NCBI GenBank assembly: GCA_963663385.2
Contig: CAXXXD010000002.1
Span: 1,312,001 to 1,376,000 of the forward strand
DNA: 64,000 nt
Direction: 5' to 3'
Source: Oceanispirochaeta sp.
Lineage (GTDB): Bacteria > Spirochaetota > Spirochaetia > DSM-2461
Of this stretch, positions 19,374 to 29,110 are shown one piece after another. Each line of letters opens with the position of its first letter. Within the stretch, counting starts at the first letter, position 1. The notes beneath the pieces are model-generated. The model worked only from the letters and a program-made list of their open reading frames with translations, searched no databases and was not told the origin of the DNA. A program made the position numbers and the translations under genes.

Positions 19374-20899
19374 TCATTTATCCTGGGGCGGTACTGAAGG
19401 GCCTCGGCCATATGCTGCGCGGCCACCTCCTTTTCTCCTTCCAGATCGGCAATGGTCCGGGCCAGTTTAATAACCTTCAGATAGGAGCGGGCCGATAGCT
19501 GGAAAGCTTCCGCCGCCTCGGCCAGCATCATACGGGGTTCCTTTTCCAGCTTTACATGTTCCTTTATCTGCCTGTTTTTCATCTCCGAATTGGTCTGGAT
19601 CGTGTCGTTTCTAAACCGTTCCCTCTGGATTTTTCTGGCGGCGGCGACCCTCTCCCGGATACGGCTCGAAGGTTCTTTTCTGCCGGAACCTTCCATTCCC
19701 CGGCTGAGCTTGCGGATATCCACAACCGGTACATCCACATGAAGGTCAATCCGGTCCAGAATCGGTCCGGAGAGCTTCTTCCGGTAACGGTGTATCTCCC
19801 GGGGGGTGCAGACACACTCCTTTGACTCATCGTTCAGAAAGCCGCAGGGACAGGGGTTGGCCGCCGCTATAAGGATAAACCGGGAGGGGTAGGTGACCCT
19901 CTCCAGACTCCGGGCAATGGTCAGCTGCCCGTCTTCCAGGGGCTGACGCAGGGCTTCGATGGTGGAACGGGGAAATTCGTTGAACTCATCCAGAAAGAGG
20001 ATCCCCCTGTGGGCCAGGCTGATCTCTCCCGGCTGGGGATGGGAACCGCCTCCCACAAGACCGGCCTGGGAGATGATATGGTGGGGGGATCGGAAGGGCC
20101 TTGCCGTAATAAGGGAACCCCCCGGGGGGATGTTTCCGGTGCTGGAGTATATCCTGGTTACTTCCAGGGACTCCTCTTCGCTTAAGGGAGGAAGGATTCC
20201 CGGCAGGGCCCGGGCCAGCATGGTTTTTCCCGAACCCGGCGAACCCACCATCAGAACATTGTGGCCCCCGGCCGCGGCGATTTCCAGGGCCCGTTTCGCC
20301 TGTTCCTGACCCACCACGTCGGCCATATCAAATTCCGTCTGAGACCTGTCCGTCCTGTTCTGAGAACGGTACACCGCCGGTTCCAGTTCGGTCTCCTCCT
20401 CCAGGAAGCGGACAATCTGTTTCAGGTCCTTTACCGGGTATATCCTGATGCCCCTGACCACCGAAGCTTCATTGGCGGACTCCTCGGGGACGAAAACCGA
20501 ATGCATCCCCATCTCTTTGGCAAAAAGAGCCGCCAGGAGAGCCCCTTTGGTATGCCTCAGGGAACCGTCCAGGGAGAGTTCTCCGAAAAACAGGGAATCA
20601 TCGGGGATATCGAACCCCACAATATCCGACAGGATGCCCAGAGCAATGGGGAAGTCATAGAACGCTCCGTTTTTGGGTACGTCTCCCGGAGCCAGGTTGA
20701 CCGTTATCCGGCGCATGGGAAAGCTGAAGCCGCCGTTGACCAGAGCGGTTTTAACCCTCTCCCGGCTCTCGCCGACAGCCTTGTTGGGCATCCCCACCAG
20801 GTCGAAGGCGGGCAATCCCTTACTGGCAATATTGACTTCCACATCGATTTTAATGGTATTCAGCCCCGAAAAGGAGACCGAGGTGACTTTTATCAACAC
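19370..20899 (-). CDS. comM: ComM/YifB Mg-chelatase-like AAA+ helicase
   Basis: ITVNLAP, AAAGGHNVLMVGSPGSGKT, PFRSPHH, AANPCPCG, SGPILDRID, SARS. GTG start with SD GGAGG. Confidence 0.93.
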   Translation of the reverse strand: MLIKVTSVSFSGLNTIKIDVEVNIASKGLPAFDLVGMPNKAVGESRERVKTALVNGGFSFPMRRITVNLAPGDVPKNGAFYDFPIALGILSDIVGFDIPDDSLFFGELSLDGSLRHTKGALLAALFAKEMGMHSVFVPEESANEASVVRGIRIYPVKDLKQIVRFLEEETELEPAVYRSQNRTDRSQTEFDMADVVGQEQAKRALEIAAAGGHNVLMVGSPGSGKTMLARALPGILPPLSEEESLEVTRIYSSTGNIPPGGSLITARPFRSPHHIISQAGLVGGGSHPQPGEISLAHRGILFLDEFNEFPRSTIEALRQPLEDGQLTIARSLERVTYPSRFILIAAANPCPCGFLNDESKECVCTPREIHRYRKKLSGPILDRIDLHVDVPVVDIRKLSRGMEGSGRKEPSSRIRERVAAARKIQRERFRNDTIQTNSEMKNRQIKEHVKLEKEPRMMLAEAAEAFQLSARSYLKVIKLARTIADLEGEKEVAAQHMAEALQYRPRINE

Positions 20900-21817
20900 G
20901 GCCTGCCTCCCGCCTTTTCTGCAAGCAGTTCCGCAGCCAGAGGGGAGTAGCGGCCATCCTGAAAAACGAGGACCCCCTTCAGGGTCAGTACGGTCAGTTC
21001 CGCTCCGATCCGGGAGGAGGACTCCCCCAGGTTACGGGTGATTTCATCGGCGGTCATGGGCTCCCGGAAGAGGCGTTCCAGGATGGCCCTCTGCAGTTTA
21101 TTGAGCTTCAGGGGGAATCCTTCGATTTTCCGGTTCCGGAAAGGCCCGTTTTCTCCGCCGTACTCCTTCAGGATATCAGCGGATTCCGTTACAACCGAAG
21201 CCCCCTGTTTCAAAAGCAGGGCCGTTCCCCGGGAGACGCTGCTGGTCAGAGGGCCGGGCAGAGCGTATATTTTTTTGTTGTACCGACGGGCGATTTTTGC
21301 TGTAATCAGGGCGCCGCTTTTAATCCCCGCCTCTATCACCAGAAGCAGAGGGGCAAGCCCTGCCACAATCCTGTTCCGCCGGGGGTAGGTCCAGAGGGCA
21401 GGCGGGGTATTCCCCGGGTATTCGGAGAGGATCAGTCCGCCGCTGTCCAGTATTTTCCCGTACAGTTCATCCTGATAGTCCGGATGGATACGCTCTATCC
21501 CGCAGGGCATGACGGCTATGGTCCGTCCCCCTGCACTGACCGCAGCTGCATGGGCTGCGGCGTCTATGCCGTACATAAAACCGGATATGACCGTAACCCC
21601 CGCTTCGGCTATATCCCTGACCAGTGATCCTGTCATATTTTCCCCGTACCGGGTCATTTTGCGGGCGCCCCACCACACTGACGGTTTTTTCAAATAGTTC
21701 CGGGTTCCATTCGCCCCGGCAGTAGAGGATATCCGGGGGGTCTTTTATCTGTTTTAGAAGAGCAGGGTACTCATGGCTTTTGATATCTATTTCCTTAATA
21801 CTAAGTATATCTTTCAT
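20893..21817 (-). pseudogene. dprA: DNA-processing protein DprA, split by a +1 frameshift (pseudogene or sequencing error)
   Basis: N-part YPALLKQIKDPPDILYCRG..VSVVG and C-part ARKMTRYG..SGFMYGID..YPRRNRIVAG..EAGIKSGALIT. Removing one base from the C4 run at 21668-21671 gives one 307-aa ORF. Confidence 0.85.
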
Positions 21818-21850
21818 CAATCCCTTTTACGGGGAATGGGAAAGGGCTGC

Positions 21851-21866
21851 TTCAACAGTTGTTGAA
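21851..21866. promoter_or_regulatory. Perfect inverted repeat TTCAACA-GT-TGTTGAA in the divergent intergenic region upstream of dprA
   Basis: Read directly from the sequence; function unknown. Confidence 0.35.
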
Positions 21867-21967
21867 AATATCTGCTTTTTGAAGAATTTCGCCCATTTTA
21901 TTGAATTGAATGGCAAGTTCCTGCTGTTATTGACTGTAAATACAGAGTAAAATTAAAGGAGATTACA

Positions 21968-22421
21968 GTGGGAGAAGCAGAGGTGGACCAGAATCAGCTG
22001 GAACAGATTGGGGATTATGTCAAAAGTAATATCGGTCAGTGGCTGAGAGATCAGCATATAATACCCTTTCCCGAAAGGGATAGAGGACTTGACCGGGAAT
22101 TGCTTGACCGCATGATTACGGTCGAACAGCAGTTGAAGTTTCAGAATGAGAAAATTGAGATGATGCTTGATCAGTCCGCAAAAAACTTTGATGCCATGGA
22201 AAAACGGTTTGAAACTGTAGATAAACGGTTTTGAGGAAATGCACTACTCAATGGATAAACGTTTTGAAGCAGTCGATAAACGTTTTGAAGCAGTCGATAA
22301 GCGTTTTGAAGACATGCAGCACTATATGGATAAGCGGTTTAATGTGATGACCGGTTTTATGGCATTTGGTTTTACCCTGATCACAGTTCTTATGTCTTTA
22401 TACAAATTTATTGTGGTGTAG
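21968..22421 (+). pseudogene. Heptad-repeat coiled-coil protein with C-terminal TM anchor (Bdr/DUF1640-like), copy 1, +1 frameshift
   Basis: SD AAAGGAG, GTG start. ORFs 21968-22234 and 22239-22421 fuse into 150 aa if one T is removed from the T4 run at 22229-22232. DKRFEAV repeats; hydrophobic C-terminus. Confidence 0.75.
22254..22316 (+). repeat. 21-bp coding tandem repeat (GATAAACGTTTTGAAGCAGTC x2 plus variant)
   Basis: Read directly; more degenerate units extend from about 22178 to 22340. Confidence 0.9.
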
Positions 22422-22451
22422 ACTTTTTTTATGACTAATTCCTTGTCACCG

Positions 22452-24222
22452 TCAGGGGAGTAAATCCTCCTCTTTCTTCAACAGATTCTGGAATTTCCGG
22501 ATATCCTCCTTTCGTACGGCAAATCTCCGTCCTTCCATACGGGAGAAAAGGGGCGAATCCATACCGTTCAGGTAATCAGCCAGAGTCCTGTCCTCCTCTG
22601 TGAGAACATATACCACCCAGTCCGCTTCTATCCTCAGTTTCACAAAGCGCTTCATAACCCGGGCGCGGAACTCCTCCCAGACCGGCGGCAGGGATTGGCC
22701 GCAGTACCGTTCCAGAGCGGCAAAGCGTGCTTCATAGTCCTCCCGGGTAGGGCAGGACCGGGCCAGAAGTTCCTCGTTTACCAGAAAAATATTGTTCCCC
22801 ACGGGGGTTCCGATGCTCCTGAAGAAGCCGGCGGCCGCTTTGTCTTCCGGATCCACCCGGGCCGTCAGAAACCGTTCATCCAGTGTTACCTGTTTTTTAC
22901 CTGTCTTTACGGTCCCATCATAATTCTCTTTCAGGCCGAACACATAGCGGCCCAGGGGGGTCATCCTGACAGCATGGAAAAGGTCTCCCTCTGCGGCACC
23001 CGGCCCGTCATCCCAGGCCAGCTCAAAAAGTCCCAGGGCGGCCCAGAGGACAAAGAGAGCCCGGAAAAAGGGCCTGTAGACCTCATTCCTGTAGTCCAGT
23101 TCGCTGTACAGGTAGACTTTCTCTTTATAGCTATGGCCAATATCGTAAAAAGTCTCCTCCACATAGTGCATATCCCCGTCGGGCATAAGGGGCAGGGCCG
23201 TGGACATCCTGCCGAAGACATTCAGGCAGGCCTCGGGATTCACCCAGCCCTGAAAGGGCCATTTTGTAAAAAGGACTTCGAAGTGGGGCATATGACTGCG
23301 CCGGAACTCACGGCTACTCTCCAGATAGTACGCTTTGGACTTTACCCTGATATGGGGCAGGAGGGTCCGCATATCAAAACTCGGTCTGACCGCTCCGGAA
23401 ATAGGCGCTTACCGCCTCTTTCAGAAATGTAAGGGCCTGTGTATCATCCGCAGGAGGTTCGGGGACAGGTTTTTTTTCTGAGGAGCAGTGGAAGCTGATA
23501 AATTCCAGGATCATTCTGAGCCTTCTGAAACCGTCATAACTGTCTGTATCGAAACCGAAGGGGGTCAGGATTCCCATGGCGGCTGCTTTTTTCAGGAGCG
23601 GTTTGGGTACCTTCTCCGTATAAGAGCGTTTAAAAAATCCCAGGTCCTTCAGCCTGTTTACAAGGGCGTGATAGTTCTGAAGAAATTCCTCTCCCTCTTC
23701 TTCTGTAAAGCGGAATTCCCCCGGGTTTGTCTCCCGGTCCAGGTCTTTCTCTTTGGGGGGGCGCCATAAACTCCGAAAAATTTCCCGCAGACCGGGGTGG
23801 ATAAACACGGAGCGTCCATAATGCTGCTTCAGATAGAAGGGCGCCGGCAGGTCCAGGTTTCCCGACGAATGAAAACCGCCGTATCCTCCGCTTTTTTCAG
23901 GGGGAATCTCAAAGGCTTCGGCCAGTTCCGGGCCGTCCTGCATGCCGTCCCAGGCGCAGAGACGGATAATCTCCCGGGCGGTCTCCCCCAGGCTGACTAT
24001 AAGGGCCTCAAAAAGACGGGCGTTCCCGTAGAGCCTGGCCACCAGGGAGCAGAGATCGGCCTTTCGGGTTATATGCCTGTCCAGGGTGTAAAAGTTCAAA
24101 GCTCCCAGTATTTTTTTCAGTTCATCCACCGTATGAATCCCGGCGGTCTCCTCGATCAGATCCCGGGAGGGCTCTGCGGATTCAAGGAGTTGATACAGCT
24201 CTTCCATTTCCAGTAAATCCAT
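22452..24222 (-). pseudogene. Hypothetical ~589-aa SNF2-partner protein (possible helicase-associated domain at C-terminus), +1 frameshift
   Basis: ATG at 24222 with SD GAGGTG just after the SNF2 stop. ORFs 23374-24222 and 22452-23372 join (..QTEF-DMRTLL..) if one base is removed from the A4 run at 23376-23379. Confidence 0.65.
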
Positions 24223-24223
24223 C

Positions 24224-27054
24224 CTACACCTCCCTCTGAAGCAGGTAGTCAATATCTTCCCCGCTCAGGGCTTTTACCGCCCCGCTGTCCGAAGAGATCA
24301 GGGCCGAGACCAGCTCTGTTTTTTTTGCCTGCAGTTCCAGCATCTTCTCTTCGATGGTACCCCGGCTGATCAGACGGTAGCAGAACACATTGTTTTTCTG
24401 GCCTATCCGGTGGGTCCGGTCTATGGCCTGCTGTTCCGCCCCCCGGTTCCACCAGGGGTCCAGAATATACACATAGTCCGCTCCGGTCAGGTTCAGGCCC
24501 ACCCCTCCTGTTTTCAGGGTCATAAGAAACACCTTATACTCCCGGGAGTCCTGAAAGGCCTCCACCAGTTCCGCCCGGTTGCGGGTGGCCCCGGTCATGG
24601 TCAGCCAGGGAATCCCCGCCTCTTCCAGTTTTCTCTCCATTATCTCCACGCTTCCCAGAAAGTTTGTAAAAATCAGACAGCGGTGCCCCTCGGCGGTTAC
24701 CTCTCCCAGATGGTCCAGCAGGGCGTCCCACTTGGCCGAAGCCACTTCCCCGTCGGTTTTCGATTCGGGTACCGATGCCAGCTGCCGCAGCTCCAGCAGC
24801 CCCTGGAGAATGAGGAACCGGGACTTTTCCACCCCTTCTACGGCAATCTTCTCTTTTATTACCTTCTCGTAAAAACGGCGCCTCTCCTCATAGAGGCGCA
24901 GCTGTTCCCCTTCCATCTCCACAAAAAGGGTCTGTTCGCTCTTTTCGGGCAGTTCCGCCGCCACCTGCTGTTTCAGCCTTCTCAGGGTAAAGGGGGCAAT
25001 CCGGCCGGAAAGGATTCTCAGGGCGGTTTCATCCCCGTTTTTCTGTATGGGAGAGGCAAACTCCCGGTTAAAGGCCGACTCTGTTCCCAGCAGGGCGGGG
25101 TTCAGAAAGCGGAAGAGCGAATACACTTCGCTCAGCCTGTTTTCCACGGGGGTGCCGCTCAGGGCCAGCCGGTGTTCTCCCTTCAGTAGCATGACCGCCC
25201 GGGATATCCGGGATGAACTGTTGCGGATGGCCTGGGCTTCATCCAGAACAATATAGGCAAAATCCCTTAACTGCAGAGCTTCGATGTCGTTCCGCACCAG
25301 GGCGTAGGTTGTCAGGATAATCCTGCTTTTCTCCGCCTCTTCCAGATCACGCTGCGCACCGTAGTAGGTATGAACCGTCAAATCCGGAGCAAAGCGTTTC
25401 AGCTCGGTCTTCCAGTTGTAAAGGAGGCTGCGGGGCAGCACAATCAGACTGGGATGCTTTACTTTTTTCTTTGTGCTTCCATTGTAATAATCTGCCAGCA
25501 GGGCGATGGTCTGGATGGTTTTACCCAGACCCATATCGTCGGCCAGGCACCCTCCCAGTTTATGCTTCTGCAGATAGGCCAGCCACTTAACCCCGTAAAC
25601 CTGATAGTCCCGGAGGGTTCCCTTCAGCCCTCTGCATCCGGGAGGGAGGGGGCTTTCTTCTATCCGGTTGAATCCTTCGAACAGTTCCCGGCTCCGGTCC
25701 ATCCCGGCTCCTGTAATTTTTGCGTCTATCAGCTGTTCCAGCAGGGGCAGGTCAAAGAGGGACACCCGGTAGTTCCCCTCCTTTTTCCGGTATTTCCCCA
25801 CCAGTCGGCGCAGGGCTTTTATATACCCTGTATCCAGAATGGCTTTGCTGCCGTCGGAGAGGGTATGTAGAGGTTTTCATCATAAAGCTTCAGGGCTTCT
25901 TCCAGGGGAAAGCTCTCCTCCCCCAGCTCCAGGGTTCCGGTTCCCTCAAAATAATCAATTCCCGATCCCGTCTGAAAGCTGAACCGGGGGTTTACCTTTT
26001 TCAGTTTAAGTTTCTGCAGGGCTTCTGTGCCGAAAAGCCGGTACCGGGAGGCTATCTCCCCAATGTGGGCGCTCAAAAAAGGAAGGGCCAGTTCGGCGGA
26101 GAGGTAGAAGGCCTCGTCCTCCACGGCGTAACCGCTGCTCAGGCCTTCCTGTTTCTCCAGTTTTTTCAGGGTGTGCACAAACCCTTTCAGGGAGTCCTCC
26201 TTTTCCGGGTAGCGGAGCTCCCTCCGGGTAAAGCGCTTTTTCTCATGATCCGCCCGGATCAGCGACACGGGCCGGTAGGTTGTTATAAAATCCAGGGGAT
26301 ACCCTTCAAGATACCACCGGGCCGTTACCTTCAGGGCTCCTTCTTCTGTAAGGGAATCAAAACACAGGGCATGCTCCGCTTCGGCCGGGCCGGTTTCCGC
26401 CCACTCATACCCCTCCATCCGGATGGCCACATGGGAAAACAGGGAGGAGAAGAGGGAGAGTGTCCGGTCCAGTTCATCCCTCCCGATCCATCCTGTCAGG
26501 TCCCCGAGCCTGTTGTAATGACTCCCCAGGGAGGCCGTGTTATAGAGTTCGTCCGACGAGAGCACCAGATCCCGGGAGAGGGCCCGCCCAAAGGGTTTCT
26601 CCTCTCCGGCGGAGCGGAGGGTCAGCTTCAGTGTGAATCCCTCCCGGCGGGGAGCAAGCTGCAGAACAGGCTGTGCCCCGGCCCCCGTATCCCGCAGCGG
26701 GCTCTGGGGGTTCCGCCAGTACAGGGAAATCCCCGCTTCCCGTATATCCTGCAGGAGCCCGGGGTACTCATCCAGGTAGAGGCCGTCCTTCTCCCCCGTC
26801 CAGGAGAAGTTTCCTGTCCGGCCGGCCTGAATATCCAGTATCTGGCGGTTGACGGAGCGCCGGGCGGGATCATCTTCCCGGCCGTGGGGCAGCCGTTCCC
26901 GGCCCCGTGCGTCTGTAAGGCGGATAAAGCAGCGGTCCGATGAATCGGGTTCCAGTATAAAAAAGAGCTCTTCTTCCGCTCCTGCGGGGGAAGGGATGCC
27001 TGTTTCTGCTTCTGCCAGGCGGCAGATTGTGTCAAAGGGGGAGGGGCTGTTCAT
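24224..27054 (-). pseudogene. SNF2-family (DEAQ) helicase, ~943 aa, split by a -1 frameshift
   Basis: LADDMGLGKT, DEAQ, LSGTPVEN, GGVGLNL, DPWWN, QAIDRTHRIGQ. Adding one base to the G3 run at 25861-25863 restores ..YIPLSDGSKAILDTGYIKALRRLVGKY.. Confidence 0.85.
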
Positions 27055-27089
27055 GGGAAAATTATAGGGGGAAAGTTTTATTGAATCAA

Positions 27090-27188
27090 ACCCCTCTCAA
27101 TCTCCCCACAGGGGAGACGTCAATTCGGTTTCCCTTCCTGTGAAGGGGTCAGGGGAGGCCGCGAGGAGTGGGGGAGGTCGGGAGAGGT
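27090..27188. repeat. REP-like composite hairpin element (possible terminator of the hip operon)
   Basis: Hairpins TCTCCCC-ACA-GGGGAGA (27101-27117) and CCCTTC-CTGT-GAAGGG (27132-27147); pyrimidine-rich left end complementary to the purine-rich right end. Confidence 0.6.
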
Positions 27189-27201
27189 AAGACAAATACT
27201 C

Positions 27202-28140
27202 TCAAATAAATAGTTGAAACCTTTTTTCGAATAGTTCCAGGTATTTCTGCCTGGATGAGTCTTTCAGGAGTGAATCCTGTATAATCTGCTGTGTGGCCTC
27301 TCTTCTTTTTTCAAATCTTTTATGAATATTCATTATCTGCTTTTCTGTCAGTGTTAAGGAATCACCCAACGCAATGAAATCCCCAAGTTTGAGTTTTCTT
27401 CTTTTCCCGTTTATGGAGAGAGCGGATTCATCGGGGTCATTTTTTTCAGGGATAACAAGCCGAGTGTTCAGCAGATCATAGGCTGGAGCCAGGGTCGTAC
27501 CGGATTCAGTGTAGATAAGGGAGTAGTTTTTCAGGTGCATATCCGAATTCCCGGTCAGATAGGAAAATAGAACCAGTTCGTAAAAACGGAGAGCGTCAAG
27601 GAGTCTGTTTTCACAGTTTTTCAGTATGATTTTGCCTATCTGCTCTACCGATCCCCTGTATTTATCTTCCGTCATCTTTTCCAGGAGCTGAGCCATATCC
27701 TCCATATGGATCTTTTTATTTTTCATCCGGTCAATTCGTTTTGTAACATAGGCAATCTCTCCCGAAGCCATCGGCAGCAGGGCATGAGGAACAGTCTGAA
27801 TTCCTAATGAATCGGCCAGGCACATGGTCAAAAACTCATTTTCCGGAAGCTGTTCATACTGTTCCACCTGAGGTTTCAGAATATAATCTCCCCATAAACC
27901 CACAAATGTCAGCTTGTTCTCATGGGACTCTTTTTGTATTGTCAGAGACAGTTTTTTTTGTACGCCTGTCATGGCTGTCTTCTGACGGATTATCCGGCCG
28001 GCCAGTTTTTTCAGATCCTTTGTATCAAAAGGTATTTTGGGCGGTTTGGTCATCCCGAACATTTTACGGGAACAGGATGGGTGGTAGCGCTGTTCCTCTT
28101 TTAAACACGGCTTTCCGCAGATAAGGCAGATTTCACTCAT
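27202..28140 (-). CDS. HipA-C-terminal-domain kinase toxin (HipT-like)
   Basis: Gly-loop AMTGVQKKL, YILKP, ENE, GNSDMHLKNYS, LAPAYDL; N-terminal CxxC..HxxC. Confidence 0.9.
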   Translation of the reverse strand: MSEICLICGKPCLKEEQRYHPSCSRKMFGMTKPPKIPFDTKDLKKLAGRIIRQKTAMTGVQKKLSLTIQKESHENKLTFVGLWGDYILKPQVEQYEQLPENEFLTMCLADSLGIQTVPHALLPMASGEIAYVTKRIDRMKNKKIHMEDMAQLLEKMTEDKYRGSVEQIGKIILKNCENRLLDALRFYELVLFSYLTGNSDMHLKNYSLIYTESGTTLAPAYDLLNTRLVIPEKNDPDESALSINGKRRKLKLGDFIALGDSLTLTEKQIMNIHKRFEKRREATQQIIQDSLLKDSSRQKYLELFEKRFQLFI

Positions 28141-28466
28141 TATTCGGTTCTCTCCATGGGGTAAACCGAAACGGCGCCGATACAGTCCTTGCAGCAGCTC
28201 AGAAGGAGACCCATTCTATCCCTTTCGTTCAGTTTCCAGTTGGATTCGGCAATCCTGAGAAGCCATCCTTCCGGAATCAGTCCGTCAAAAAAAGGAAAGA
28301 GTGTTTTATTGTAAAAGGAGGCTTTCTGCAGGGGGAGGGTAAGACTGATACAGTGCGGGGTATCAGACTTTAAATACTCTTCATGGTAGGTAAAATGGTA
28401 TCCATCATCATTCTCAACAAGAATCCCTGCCGCCTGCTCCCGGTAGAATATTTCAGCTTTGCGCAT
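28140..28466 (-). CDS. HipA-N-terminal-domain protein (HipS-like antitoxin)
   Basis: AGIL..YHFTY..ISLTLPL..LFPFFDGLIPEGWL..CIGAVSV; translationally coupled to the kinase. Confidence 0.88.
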   Translation of the reverse strand: MRKAEIFYREQAAGILVENDDGYHFTYHEEYLKSDTPHCISLTLPLQKASFYNKTLFPFFDGLIPEGWLLRIAESNWKLNERDRMGLLLSCCKDCIGAVSVYPMERTE

Positions 28467-28665
28467 AATCCATCCTTGCAGGAACCATTTTCATTCCAAA
28501 AAGGGCCAGAACCTGATTTATTTTGTCCAGTCTGAGACTCTCCTTTCCCTGTTCCATATCGCGAATAAACCGTAAACCCACACCGGCCCTGTCGGCCAGG
28601 TCCTGCTGGGTCATTCCCAGCTGAGATCGTTTCTGCTTTAATACTTGAATCAGCTCTTCGGTCAT
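28453..28665 (-). CDS. Xre/HTH transcriptional regulator (HipB-like, y4mF family)
   Basis: KRSQLGMTQQDLADRAGVGLRFIRDMEQGKESLRLDKINQVLALFG. Confidence 0.9.
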   Translation of the reverse strand: MTEELIQVLKQKRSQLGMTQQDLADRAGVGLRFIRDMEQGKESLRLDKINQVLALFGMKMVPARMDYAQS

Positions 28666-28667
28666 AC

Positions 28668-28765
28668 TATACCATATCGGGTATAAAATGTGTTTTCAAT
28701 AAGAAATTATACCCGATATGGTATAAAGTGGTACTTTTGGAAGAAAATATACCTGATCGGGTATA
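28668..28765. promoter_or_regulatory. Three palindromic operators TATACC-N6-GGTATA at exact 40-bp spacing, with a putative minus-strand promoter
   Basis: 28668-28685, 28708-28725 (exact reverse complement of the first) and 28748-28765. Minus-strand TTGAAA(28699-28694)-N17-TATGGT(28676-28671). Confidence 0.8.
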
Positions 28766-28780
28766 TTTGGAGCTTTTCTG

Positions 28781-29095
28781 TCAGTTATTTTTTTCAGAAA
28801 AAACAGCGGGGGAGACATTAAAGCGTTTGCTCAGGTTTTCGATATGTTCCCGGTTCAGTTTTCTTTTGCCTCTTAGAATTTCAGAGACAACCCCCTGGGA
28901 TCCTATCTCCTGATAAAGATCTTTCTGCTTAAGCCCGTACTCTTTCATAAAATATTTCAACATGGAAATTCCGTCAGGTTCATCTATTACAGAATGAGCA
29001 TCATCATAGATTTCAATAATAAGTGTAAGCAGTTCCATCACGGGATACAGTGTGTGTTCTCTGTTTCCATTGACCTTTTCATTTATTCTTGTCAT
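28781..29095 (-). pseudogene. higA: HigA-type HTH antitoxin, N-terminally truncated orphan
   Basis: ELLTLIIEIYD..MLKYFMKEYGLKQKDL..IGSQGVVSEILRGKRKLN..LSKRFNVSPAVF. Usual N-terminal helix missing; no intact toxin gene. Confidence 0.7.
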
Positions 29096-29110
29096 GCTCT
29101 GCCTGTGTTA

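Noticed and set aside
19370..20899. Magnesium chelatase subunit
   Set aside because: The N-terminal Lon-like domain, the NPCPCG Zn motif and linkage to dprA/yraN identify it as ComM/YifB.
21660..25870. Programmed ribosomal frameshifting or phase variation as the cause of the split genes
   Set aside because: The runs are only 3-4 nt, the shifts go in both directions, there are no canonical slippery heptamers at the junctions, and the genes are unrelated.
911..26943. Long plus-strand ORFs (911-1561, 1936-2922, 5467-6375, 7231-7959, 17807-18952, 20261-20950, 22695-23432, 24410-25189, 25720-26943)
   Set aside because: Antisense shadows of well-supported minus-strand genes, with no recognisable motifs.
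28668..28765. 18-bp repeats with 22-bp gaps as a mini-CRISPR
   Set aside because: Too short, with variable palindrome centres, and directly abutting an HTH gene; operators explain them better.
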